Assembly (NCBI GenBank): GCA_944322585.1 | Contig: CALUPB010000002.1 | Span: 4,729-68,728 of the forward strand | From: an uncultured Bacteroidales bacterium | GTDB taxonomy: Bacteria > Bacteroidota > Bacteroidia > Bacteroidales > UBA932 | DNA length: 64,000 bases | Reading direction: 5' to 3' | Part shown: positions 16,871-26,471 of the stretch, piece by piece | How positions within the stretch are numbered: position 1 is the first letter of the stretch | How the letters are laid out: each line of letters starts with the position of its first letter | Position numbers and translations under genes: made by a program | Notes under the pieces: generated by a model | Databases searched by the model: none | The model's input: the letters and a program-made list of their open reading frames with translations, nothing else | What the model was told of the DNA's origin: nothing

Positions 16871-18415
16871 ATGGGAAAGCTTTATCCGGTAGGCATCCAG
16901 AATTTCGAGAAACTCCGCAGGGAAGGATACTTCTATGTGGACAAGACAGCCCTTATGTACAGGCTGGTCTCGACAGGCAGCTATTATTTCCTCAGCCGGC
17001 CGCGCCGGTTCGGCAAGAGCCTGCTCATCAGCACCCTCGAGGCATATTTTCAGGGGAAGAAGGAACTCTTCGACGGACTGGCAGCCGCCTCTCTCGAAAA
17101 GGAGTGGAAACGGTATCCTATCCTGCACCTCGACCTCAATATCGGGAAATATGACAGTCCGGACAGTCTCGACGGAATGCTGAACAGAAGTCTCGAAGAA
17201 TGGGAAAACATCTACGGAAAAGACAAGGCGGAAGTGTCGCTTGCACTGAGGTTCGCCGGGGTAGTCAAGAGGGCTGCCACTGCAACCGGGGAAAGGGTCG
17301 TCATCCTCGTGGACGAATATGACAAGCCACTCCTCCAGGCTATCGGCAACGAGGATCTCCAGCAGGCATTCAGAAGCACCCTCAAGCCTTTCTACGGAGT
17401 CCTCAAGTCAATGGACGGATACATCCGTTTCGCCCTGCTCACAGGAGTCACGAAGTTCGGCAAGATCAGCGTATTCAGCGACCTCAACAATCTAGAAGAC
17501 ATTTCTATGAGGGAGGAGTATGCCGACATCTGCGGCATGAGCGAAGCCGAGCTCCTCCGGGACTTCGATGAGGACATCCGTGCCCTCGCCTTGAACAACG
17601 AGCAGACATACGAACAGGCATGCGCCCAGCTAAAGGAGGACTATGACGGATACCATTTCTGCCCGGACTCTCCGGGGATATACAACCCTTTCAGCCTCCT
17701 GAACACCTTCAAGTCCAGAAGATACGGAAGCTACTGGTTCGAGACAGGGACTCCGACATATCTCGTCGAACTCCTCAAGAAAAGCGACTACGACCTTGAG
17801 CAGATGTCCCGGGAGGAGACCGACACCGAGACTCTTGACTCCATTTTCACAGGTGACAACCCTATCCCGGTCATTTATCAGAGCGGTTATCTCACCATCA
17901 AGAAATACGACAGGGAATTCGGACTCTACACCCTCGGATTCCCCAACAGGGAGGTCGAGGAGGGATTCCTGAGATTCCTCCTGCCGTATTACGCCAAAAG
18001 CGACAAGACAAAGTCCGGGTTCCAAATCAAACGTTTCGTGGATGATGTCCGCAAAGGTGACATCAACGGGTTCATGGAGAGACTCCAGAGTTTCCTTGCG
18101 GACTGCCCGTACGAAATCGCAAAGGATGTCGAACTCCACTACCAGAACGTGCTCTTCATCGTATTCCGACTCGCAGGACTGTACACCAAGGTGGAGTACC
18201 GTACCTCGCGCGGCAGGATAGACATGGTAGTACAGACTGCAGACTATGTGTATGTAATGGAGTTCAAACTCGACGGTTCGGCCGAGCAGGCTCTGCAGCA
18301 GATCGAGGAGAAGCAGTATGCCCTCCCGTTCGCCACGGACAGCCGCAAGGTATTCCGCATCGGGGTCAACTTCAGTTCGGAAACCCGTAACATCGACCGC
18401 TGGATAGTGAATTAA
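16871..18415 (+). CDS. AAA-ATPase-like protein with C-terminal PD-(D/E)xK (PDDEXK_9-type) nuclease
   Basis: SRPRRFGKSL Walker A, ILVDEYDKP Walker B, YWFETGTP, and GRIDM...VMEFK nuclease motif; TAATTTTG at 16843-16850. Confidence 0.92.
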   Translation: MGKLYPVGIQNFEKLRREGYFYVDKTALMYRLVSTGSYYFLSRPRRFGKSLLISTLEAYFQGKKELFDGLAAASLEKEWKRYPILHLDLNIGKYDSPDSLDGMLNRSLEEWENIYGKDKAEVSLALRFAGVVKRAATATGERVVILVDEYDKPLLQAIGNEDLQQAFRSTLKPFYGVLKSMDGYIRFALLTGVTKFGKISVFSDLNNLEDISMREEYADICGMSEAELLRDFDEDIRALALNNEQTYEQACAQLKEDYDGYHFCPDSPGIYNPFSLLNTFKSRRYGSYWFETGTPTYLVELLKKSDYDLEQMSREETDTETLDSIFTGDNPIPVIYQSGYLTIKKYDREFGLYTLGFPNREVEEGFLRFLLPYYAKSDKTKSGFQIKRFVDDVRKGDINGFMERLQSFLADCPYEIAKDVELHYQNVLFIVFRLAGLYTKVEYRTSRGRIDMVVQTADYVYVMEFKLDGSAEQALQQIEEKQYALPFATDSRKVFRIGVNFSSETRNIDRWIVN

Positions 18416-18466
18416 AAACGGCGACTGCAGAACGGCAGCAAAACACCGGCCCGGCAGGCGAAAACA

Positions 18467-18549
18467 ACTACTAAATAAGATCTGGCACGAACCCGGAACA
18501 CCATTGATTACAAATACATTACAAATAAAATTCCTTTTATTGCAACTAC
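18467..18549 (+). promoter_or_regulatory. Candidate regulator-binding region upstream of the SusE-like gene
   Basis: ACTACTAAATA (18467), CCATTGATTA (18501) and ACTAC (18545); the same motifs occur at 22107-22178. Confidence 0.55.
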
Positions 18550-18625
18550 TAATTCCATTGACAGGCTTTGACAGTTCTATATAATAGGTCAATTTTGTAG
18601 TCCGATAACATTAAAACTATCAGCT

Positions 18626-20404
18626 ATGAAATTGTACAGACAACTGATTATCCTCGGAGCTGCAGCCGGTCTGATGATACCGGGCTGTACGCCGGAAGAA
18701 GAAACACTCATAGACACCGGTGACGAGCTGACTATCACGGCATCCGCAAAAGACATAACACTACTGGAAAGCGAAGGAGAGCAAGAGGCCCTGAAACTGA
18801 CCTGGACGCCGGCATCGAACTACGGCCTTGATGAAGAAGCCGAATATACCCTTGAAATAGCGAAAGCCGATTCAGACTATGAAGACGGCTACAGCAGGAT
18901 GATGGGGAAATCCACATTCAGCATCACATGGACAGTGGAGGAACTCAACACTTTCCTGACTGAGCAATTCAATGCCGAAAGCGGGACGAAAACCGCTTAC
19001 AAGGCCCGCATAACAGCTACGATATACGGGAGAGACGATCTCACACAGACTGCAGAAGCCGAATTCTCGGCAACCACATATTCAGCGACATCCTACACCT
19101 TATATATTGACGGCTCCGCCCTTACGAACCCGGATGCCGGGCAAATGACACGCGGAGAGGCCGGCCAGTTCACCTGGACAGGAGTCCTTGAGGAAGGAGG
19201 CATTGTCTTCACTGTTTCCGAGGACTCCGAATGGCCATGCTACGGAGCAGGCGAAGGGGACGGGGAACTGAAATATTTCAACGAGGATCCCGGCTCCGAT
19301 ATAACGATAAAAGTGGCGACCGTCGGAGAATATTCCGTGACTGCCGACCTCATGAGCCTGACATATACTTTAGAACCTGCAGAAGTCCCTGTCCCAGAGC
19401 TTCTGTATATCTCCGGGGAAGCCGTGAATGTCACGGACTATACGGATGCGATACTGATGGAAAGAGCGGAAGCCGGCATATTCAGATGGAACGGCTGGCT
19501 CGAACCGGATAAAGGATTCCGGTTCATAACCGGGAAACTCTCCTGGTGGCCGGCATTCGTCAGAGACGGAAACAGCGGAAACGGGATCAGATATTTCAGC
19601 ACCGACCCTGGCGATGAATATGATCTTGACTTTTCCTATTCCGGAGAAGCAGGCTGGAAGTTGATTACCGTGAATATCAATACAATGTCAATCACTGTCG
19701 AAGACGGGAAGGACACAGGGGAGCCTATGCCTGAAATGCTTGTAATCGGAGGAACCGCTTTCGGCTCGGATTCAGCCTGGGACTTCGACAGCGGAAGCAG
19801 GACGATGACCAGAACGGAAACCGGATTCGAATGGACCGGAGACATGGAAAGAGGCACATTCCGGTTCGCAGCCCAGAATGACTTCTGGCCAGGATATGTC
19901 AGGGATTGGGAATCGGACGACTACTGGACATTATCGGCTCTGACGGACAGTCCATATTATGATCTCGGCTTCACCGTGCTGAAGAACGGGAAATACACTG
20001 TCACGGTCGATTTCACTACACGGAAAGTGGAACTTACCTGTCTTGAGGAATACGGGACAGCATATGAAGAGAACCTGTACATACTTTTTGCAAGCGAATG
20101 GAACAATGATCCGATACGCACGCCGATGACAAAAGAAGGAGACGGCATTTTCAGCTGGGAAGGAGAAGTCACCGTGGGAGACCACGAAAAAATCGCGAAC
20201 GGAGAATTCCAGATTTTCACTATACCGGATGCAGGTAACTGGTGGCCCCGCTACACTCTCACTTACACCAATGATCCGGACTGCATGAACAGGATCGACA
20301 TGTACAGTTATGATCCGACCGAATCGATAGATATCACGGAGTCCGGAACCTACAGGATAGAAATAAATCTGAGAGACATGACATACACCATCACGGAAAT
20401 ATAG
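18626..20404 (+). CDS. SusE/SusF-like surface glycan-binding lipoprotein with about four beta-sandwich modules
   Basis: Lipobox (IPGC); SusE N-domain (ALKLTWTPA...YTLEI); repeated LYIxG...M...GxFxWxG...F...W modules. Confidence 0.8.
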   Translation: MKLYRQLIILGAAAGLMIPGCTPEEETLIDTGDELTITASAKDITLLESEGEQEALKLTWTPASNYGLDEEAEYTLEIAKADSDYEDGYSRMMGKSTFSITWTVEELNTFLTEQFNAESGTKTAYKARITATIYGRDDLTQTAEAEFSATTYSATSYTLYIDGSALTNPDAGQMTRGEAGQFTWTGVLEEGGIVFTVSEDSEWPCYGAGEGDGELKYFNEDPGSDITIKVATVGEYSVTADLMSLTYTLEPAEVPVPELLYISGEAVNVTDYTDAILMERAEAGIFRWNGWLEPDKGFRFITGKLSWWPAFVRDGNSGNGIRYFSTDPGDEYDLDFSYSGEAGWKLITVNINTMSITVEDGKDTGEPMPEMLVIGGTAFGSDSAWDFDSGSRTMTRTETGFEWTGDMERGTFRFAAQNDFWPGYVRDWESDDYWTLSALTDSPYYDLGFTVLKNGKYTVTVDFTTRKVELTCLEEYGTAYEENLYILFASEWNNDPIRTPMTKEGDGIFSWEGEVTVGDHEKIANGEFQIFTIPDAGNWWPRYTLTYTNDPDCMNRIDMYSYDPTESIDITESGTYRIEINLRDMTYTITEI

Positions 20405-20427
20405 CGGTTTTTCCATAATTTTGCCGG

Positions 20428-22086
20428 ATGACCGGATACAGAACGACAATTTTGATAATGATAATGGCTCTGGCAATTTCAGGTTGCCGGAGCCGTAGTG
20501 TACATGATGCCGGGATCAGGAATATCCTTGAACAGCTTGACAGGACAGTAGCGGATCGCGACATACATACACAGAAGAAAGAAGCCAGGATAGCAGGAAT
20601 GAAATCCCTGCTGGACGAAAACATGGCAGACGAAGAAAGGTACAAGATATACGACAGGATATATGATGAATATTATCAGTACAACCTGGATTCCGCAATA
20701 GTCTATGCCAAAAAGAAGTCCGCCCTTGCCACGCATATTACCCCCCCCGGCTATCGAATCGACGCTGCGATTGACCTTGCGGAAAGGTATATCCTGTCGG
20801 GCGTCCATGTGGATGCGATACGGCTTCTCGACAGCATAGACACGGCATCTTTGGATACCGCTTTTCTGGCCAGATATTTCCATACACGGCAATCACTGTA
20901 TGAAGATATGGCAGGGACGGCAGATGACCCAGAACTGAAGCTGGAATACGACGGAATGAGGAAGCGATACCGGGAACTTCGGCTGCAACAGCTTGACAGC
21001 TCCGACATCGAATATCTGTATGTACGTTCCGAAATCATGCGTGAACAGGGCCGTGGAGAGGAAATACTCTCCCGCCTGCTTCAGAAATGCGAATCCCCCG
21101 ACACTGACCTGCACCAGAAAGCCATACTCAACTATATCACGGCAAATATCTACAGGCAGGCCGGAGACAGTCTGAAAGTCATATATTACTATGCGGTAAG
21201 CGCAATCAACGACCTCAGCACACCTGTCAACGACTATCTTTCCCTTAGAGAACTCGCTACAATGCTGTACAGGGCCGGAGACATCGAAAGGGCATATTCA
21301 TACATAACCAGATCCGTACAGGACATCATGACAGCCCATTCGAGACTCAACATCCAGTCGACTGTAGACATACTGCCAATCATCACCAGCGCATACGAGT
21401 CACAGCTGAAAGACAGGCACAGACAACTCACGTTCATGCTTGTATGGCTGAGCCTTCTTCTGGCAATGCTTGTATGTGCAATGCTGATAATTGCAAGAGA
21501 ACGAGGAAAGACCCGGAAGAAAAACGATCTGCTCAGACAGGCAAATGCAAAACTGAAAAACTTCAACCGCATGCTCCTGGAAGCCAATGATATCAAGGAA
21601 GCATACCTGTTAAAATACATGGATCTGTGCTCCACCTATATAGATAACATCGAGAACTACAGATCACAACTCCGGAAGACGGCCAAAACAGGAGGCTTCG
21701 AGAAAATAATGGAAAACCTGCGTTCCGCGAACTACACCGATGCCGTACTGCATGATTTCTATGCAGAGTTCGACGCCACATTCCTAAAGCTGTTCCCGGA
21801 TTTCGTAAGTCAATTGAACGCTATGCTGCAGCCTGACAAGAGACTGAAAGACACTTCAGCCGACGGAATACTTACGACAGAACTTAGAGTGATGGCCCTG
21901 ATACGTCTCGGGATCAATGACTCTACCAAAATCGCCCATTTCCTCAGAAGATCGCTTTCTACAATCTACAATTACAGGGTCAAGATAAGAAATGCGGCGA
22001 CGGAAGACAGGGACAATTTCGAATCCAGAGTAATGCACATTTCATTCTCTCCTGCAAGAAATTCAAGAGGGAAAGGTGTCCAGTAA
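20428..22086 (+). CDS. DUF6377 / SusR-like membrane-spanning transcriptional regulator
   Basis: TPR-like periplasmic region, TM helix (FMLVWLSLLLAMLVCAMLII), coiled coil, and C-terminal FDxxFLxLFPDFV...LTTELRVMALIRLGINDSTKIAHFL...TIYNYR. Confidence 0.9.
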   Translation: MTGYRTTILIMIMALAISGCRSRSVHDAGIRNILEQLDRTVADRDIHTQKKEARIAGMKSLLDENMADEERYKIYDRIYDEYYQYNLDSAIVYAKKKSALATHITPPGYRIDAAIDLAERYILSGVHVDAIRLLDSIDTASLDTAFLARYFHTRQSLYEDMAGTADDPELKLEYDGMRKRYRELRLQQLDSSDIEYLYVRSEIMREQGRGEEILSRLLQKCESPDTDLHQKAILNYITANIYRQAGDSLKVIYYYAVSAINDLSTPVNDYLSLRELATMLYRAGDIERAYSYITRSVQDIMTAHSRLNIQSTVDILPIITSAYESQLKDRHRQLTFMLVWLSLLLAMLVCAMLIIARERGKTRKKNDLLRQANAKLKNFNRMLLEANDIKEAYLLKYMDLCSTYIDNIENYRSQLRKTAKTGGFEKIMENLRSANYTDAVLHDFYAEFDATFLKLFPDFVSQLNAMLQPDKRLKDTSADGILTTELRVMALIRLGINDSTKIAHFLRRSLSTIYNYRVKIRNAATEDRDNFESRVMHISFSPARNSRGKGVQ

Positions 22087-22106
22087 CATTCAGGCAGTCT
22101 GAACCC

Positions 22107-22178
22107 ACTACTAAATACAGCTCGTGCGTCCAAGACAAACCATTGATTATCGCTATGTTAATATTAATAAAGCACTAC
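22107..22178 (+). promoter_or_regulatory. Candidate regulator-binding region upstream of the susC operon
   Basis: ACTACTAAATA (22107), CCATTGATTA (22140) and ACTAC (22174), matching 18467-18549. Confidence 0.55.
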
Positions 22179-22309
22179 CATTTCCGCACGATATCTTTGC
22201 GGACAGTCCGAAACTGCCCATCTTTGTCCCCGGACATATACGGAATATAGTTGAAATCAATGTCATACTCATAATTAACGACAGACACTAATCAAATAGC
22301 TTTAGATAT

Positions 22310-23323
22310 ATGAAATATAAATCTTTTCTGACACTTGTTCTGGGCTGTATCATGATTGCCGGATCGTGCGAAGAGGAGCGTAAGACATGGTATGTACCGG
22401 ATTCCTCCAGCGATGATCAGGACGGGAATGAAAACCTCGAAGATTGGGCTCCCAAGGTCCCTGTCATGTATTACGGGTCTTTCTACGGAGAGAACGCCGA
22501 CGGCAGGCCGGTATATCCGTGGTGGGGGGAACACGTCGTCCTGCTCACTTACGAATCCGATTACGACCCTCAAGCCATGAAAAAATGGACAGATGCCGCT
22601 GACCGGATGTATGAATTCTATATAGAATGTACGAGAGAAGCACCACCGGTAATGGTAAACTGTTTCATGAACGGAAGAATAACCATTGCCCAGTCCGAGA
22701 ACTGGCCTGCCGCTGCTGTCGGTTGGATCTGGAATACCGGAATTGCAATTGCGGACGGCACCTTCGACGGACTGTACAACAGCTATCTCAACGGGAACGG
22801 GGACACTCTTACCCCATACGAAATGGGAAGGAATTTCTGGAAATTCGGGGGCAAGATCACCTACAACGGAGACGAACCGGAATGTACCGGCTATTCAGTA
22901 TTCATGCGGAGAATACTGACAGTGGAGCTGCTCGGACAGAATCTTGATCCGGACGCAGATACCCCGACGGTGAATCTCGACAAGATACTCGGCATCTATC
23001 TCGCATCGGGAAAGACTTATGAGAATACCATAGCTGTCAACCAGGGAGTGGACAATCCTTACGACTCAAGCAGCCAGGCCCTGTTCGCAAGCTTCCTTTT
23101 CGAACTCCAGAAAAAATACGGAGGGACAGACTGGGTAATCAGATTCTGGAACTATGTAGACGAAAGACCCGATGCAGCCAGCGAACAGACTGCTGTCGAT
23201 AACATAATAGTCGCTGCATCACAGGCTTCAGGAAAGAACCTGTGCTCCCTGTTCGAAGAATGGAAATGGCCGGTATCGCAGAATGCCAGAGCCACTCTGC
23301 AGAACCTCGGACTTATTGAATAA
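22310..23323 (+). CDS. Lipoprotein with M60-like/gluzincin-like fold lacking the zinc histidines (YEMGR)
   Basis: Lipobox (AGSC); YEMGRNFW at the HExxH position; C-terminal AASQASGKNLCSLFEEWKWP resembles the M60-like helical tail. Confidence 0.55.
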   Translation: MKYKSFLTLVLGCIMIAGSCEEERKTWYVPDSSSDDQDGNENLEDWAPKVPVMYYGSFYGENADGRPVYPWWGEHVVLLTYESDYDPQAMKKWTDAADRMYEFYIECTREAPPVMVNCFMNGRITIAQSENWPAAAVGWIWNTGIAIADGTFDGLYNSYLNGNGDTLTPYEMGRNFWKFGGKITYNGDEPECTGYSVFMRRILTVELLGQNLDPDADTPTVNLDKILGIYLASGKTYENTIAVNQGVDNPYDSSSQALFASFLFELQKKYGGTDWVIRFWNYVDERPDAASEQTAVDNIIVAASQASGKNLCSLFEEWKWPVSQNARATLQNLGLIE

Positions 23324-23354
23324 CAAAGATTTTATATACTAATCTAACCGGATT

Positions 23355-26300
23355 ATGAGGATACGTTACTTACTTTCAATCATCCTTGTCCTGTATGCCG
23401 CCACCTGTATACAGCAGGCAATGCTTGCGGCATCAGCAGAGGATTCTGCCGATGCCGTCCAGACTTATGAAGTGACAGGACACGTCACCGATGCGCAGAC
23501 AAGGGAACCTCTTGCAGGAGCATTTGTCGTCGAAGCAGGAACCGACAACGGAGTCATGACTCTTGAAGACGGCAGTTACTCCATCAGAATTGCCGACATC
23601 AGATCCGCCCAACTTGAAGTTTCCTTCATGGGATACAAGACAATGACCGTAGAAATCGGAACGCGAGGCATAGTCGATGTAGCGATGATGTCCGACAATG
23701 AACTTGATGCCGTCGTAGTCGTCGGCGGAGGTACCCAGAAGAAAATCTCTGTAGTAGGAGCCGTCTCCTCCATCAGCGGAGAAGCCCTGCGCACCACATC
23801 TTCATCTCTAACCTCTGCACTGGCAGGAAAACTCGCCGGAGTGATATCAATGACAGGATCCGGAGAACCGGGTACCACATCACAGTTCTATATCCGGGGA
23901 ATAAGCACTTTCGGAGGAAGGGCGGAACCGCTCATCCTGCTGGATGATGTGGAAATATCGGCCGGAGACCTCAACAGGATTCCCGCAGAGAACATAGCGA
24001 ACTTCACCATTCTCAAGGATGCATCAGCAACCGCAATCTACGGAGTACGCGGAGCGAACGGAGTGATGATCATCACAACCAAGAAAGGCGTGGAAAACCA
24101 GAGAGCGCTGGTAAACGTGACTGTCGAGAATTCGTATGTAAGGCCGATGAATATGCCTGAATTCGTGGACGGCGCCACATGGATGGCAATGTATAATGAG
24201 GCCATGACAGGCAGGAATCCCGGTTCAATAGGCAGGTATTCGGATGAAGTCATAGAAAGGACTTTCAGCCATCAGTATCCTTATGTCTACCCCGATGTGG
24301 ACTGGCAGGAACTTCTGTTCAGGAAATGGAACATGAACCAGCGTGCACACATCAGCGTACAGGGAGGAGGGAACAAGGTGACATATTTTATGAGCCTGCA
24401 GGTAAACCACAATACCGGTATGCTCAACGGCAATCCCCAGGGAGCGCAGTTCAACACCAATATAAGGCAGATGGGATACACTTTCCAGAACAATATCTCA
24501 TACAAGGTGACAAATACCACCACCCTCGACCTGCACCTGAACGCCCAGATCAACCAGAACAAAGGACCGAGAGAAAGCACCCAGGATATTTTCGGCTACG
24601 TTTATGCCGCCAACCCTGTCGACTTCCCGGCCTATTATCCGGCCCAGGAGGGAGACACTCACATCCGTTTCGGCAACATACTGATGCAGAACGGGAACAG
24701 GAAAAGCAACCCGTATGCCGGACTGCTCGACGACTATGCGGAGAGCAACTCCAATACGCTCAACGCCTCCCTGAAACTTGACCAAAGACTGGATTTCATC
24801 ACCGAAGGGCTGGCTCTCAACGCACTCGTAAACTGGAAGAACTACTCCATCTCCACATACTATAAAAGTATGACTCCCTACTTCTACCAGATAAAGGACG
24901 GGAGCTGGAGCATCGACAATCCCGATGTCTACGAACTGGAATATGTCGGGGACATGGGACAGGACTTCGTATCTACAGAAGGTCCGGACAAGACCCAGGA
25001 CCAGACATTCTATTTCGATGCCAGGCTTACATACGACAGGACCTTCGGCAAACACAATGTCGGGGGACTTCTGATGTACATGATGCGAGAATACCGGTCT
25101 TCCGTTCTTCCCGAGCGCAACCAGGGCCTGTCAGGACGCGCGACATACGGATATGACGACAGATATTTCCTCGAATTCAACTTCGGATACAACGGGACAG
25201 AGCGTTTCCAGAAAGGAAGAAGATTCGAATTCTTCCCTGCCGCATCACTCGGCTGGGTGCCAAGCAACGAAAGATTCTGGGGCAGGGCATCCGACATAGT
25301 CAGCTATCTTAAACTCAGAGGTTCATACGGACTTATCGGAAGTGACGGCTTCGGAGGGGAGCATTTTGTCTACTATGACAGCATAGACCTGAATGGAAGC
25401 TCATCATATACATCCGGCCCGTCATACAACGGAACGTACCCGCTCGTGACTTCACAGGGTATAGGAGTAAACGGGTATGCGGTCGCTGACCCGCATTGGG
25501 AAAGAGCGAAAAAACTGGATATCGGCATCGATGCCACCCTGTTCAGGGAAGTGGACATCACTTTCGACTATTTCTTCGAATGGAGAGACAGAATAATGAT
25601 GCAAAGAGGGTCCTGGCCTCAGATAATGGGATACTGGAACGCTACTCCATGGGCAAACGTAGGCAAAGTGAACAACTGGGGATATGAGTTCAGTTTCAAC
25701 TGGTCACACAATTTCGGCAAGGACTGGTACCTCAACCTCAGGGGAAATTTCACTTATACCCAGAACAAATACGTGTTCAAGGACGAGCCCAATTATCCGT
25801 ATACCTGGCAGAAAGACCAGAATATGCCTTTAGACAACTGTAGAGGATACATAGCAGAAGGTCTGTTCACATCACAGGAGGAAATAGACAACTGGCCTGT
25901 ACAGTCTCTGGGGGGTACTCCTATGGTGGGAGACATAAAATACCGCGACATCAACGGTGATGGAATAATCAACGAGAACGACCAGACACTCATTTCCCCA
26001 TATGGCTATAATCCGCGTATCCAGTATGGCTTCGGACTCAGTCTCCGCTGGAAAAAATGGGATCTCGGTGTCTTCTTCAACGGTTCGGCCCTGCGCAGCA
26101 TCATGATCAACGGCATTACGCCATTCGGAACAAACGACAGCAACATGATGGCCTGGATATACGATGCCCACTGGTCAGAAGCAAATCCCGACCCCAATGC
26201 AGAATATCCACGACTCGGAGTGACGGATGCCCAGAATGCCAACAACAGCCCGAGCAGTACATACTGGCTGAGGGATGCCGGATTCCTCAGATTCAAGACA

Positions 26301-26456
26301 CTCGAATTGGGATACAGCTTCAGGCTCGGGAGGGTGTACCTCAACTGCGACAATCTCGCCGTATGGAGTCCGTTCAAACTCTGGGATCCGGAACTCAGCT
26401 GGAACTCCTATCCGTTCTCACGCACATTCAGTCTAGGGATCCAGTTCAACTTCTAA
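23355..26456 (+). CDS. susC: SusC/RagA TonB-dependent transporter
   Basis: Plug motif ILKDASATAIYGVRGANGVMIITTK; barrel motifs; ends GIQFNF. Confidence 0.96.
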   Translation: MRIRYLLSIILVLYAATCIQQAMLAASAEDSADAVQTYEVTGHVTDAQTREPLAGAFVVEAGTDNGVMTLEDGSYSIRIADIRSAQLEVSFMGYKTMTVEIGTRGIVDVAMMSDNELDAVVVVGGGTQKKISVVGAVSSISGEALRTTSSSLTSALAGKLAGVISMTGSGEPGTTSQFYIRGISTFGGRAEPLILLDDVEISAGDLNRIPAENIANFTILKDASATAIYGVRGANGVMIITTKKGVENQRALVNVTVENSYVRPMNMPEFVDGATWMAMYNEAMTGRNPGSIGRYSDEVIERTFSHQYPYVYPDVDWQELLFRKWNMNQRAHISVQGGGNKVTYFMSLQVNHNTGMLNGNPQGAQFNTNIRQMGYTFQNNISYKVTNTTTLDLHLNAQINQNKGPRESTQDIFGYVYAANPVDFPAYYPAQEGDTHIRFGNILMQNGNRKSNPYAGLLDDYAESNSNTLNASLKLDQRLDFITEGLALNALVNWKNYSISTYYKSMTPYFYQIKDGSWSIDNPDVYELEYVGDMGQDFVSTEGPDKTQDQTFYFDARLTYDRTFGKHNVGGLLMYMMREYRSSVLPERNQGLSGRATYGYDDRYFLEFNFGYNGTERFQKGRRFEFFPAASLGWVPSNERFWGRASDIVSYLKLRGSYGLIGSDGFGGEHFVYYDSIDLNGSSSYTSGPSYNGTYPLVTSQGIGVNGYAVADPHWERAKKLDIGIDATLFREVDITFDYFFEWRDRIMMQRGSWPQIMGYWNATPWANVGKVNNWGYEFSFNWSHNFGKDWYLNLRGNFTYTQNKYVFKDEPNYPYTWQKDQNMPLDNCRGYIAEGLFTSQEEIDNWPVQSLGGTPMVGDIKYRDINGDGIINENDQTLISPYGYNPRIQYGFGLSLRWKKWDLGVFFNGSALRSIMINGITPFGTNDSNMMAWIYDAHWSEANPDPNAEYPRLGVTDAQNANNSPSSTYWLRDAGFLRFKTLELGYSFRLGRVYLNCDNLAVWSPFKLWDPELSWNSYPFSRTFSLGIQFNF

Positions 26457-26471
26457 AACATTTTAACAGAC

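Noticed and set aside
16871-18415. Flanking direct repeats around the second ATPase-nuclease gene, like those of the first
   Set aside because: I found no matching repeat on both sides by eye.
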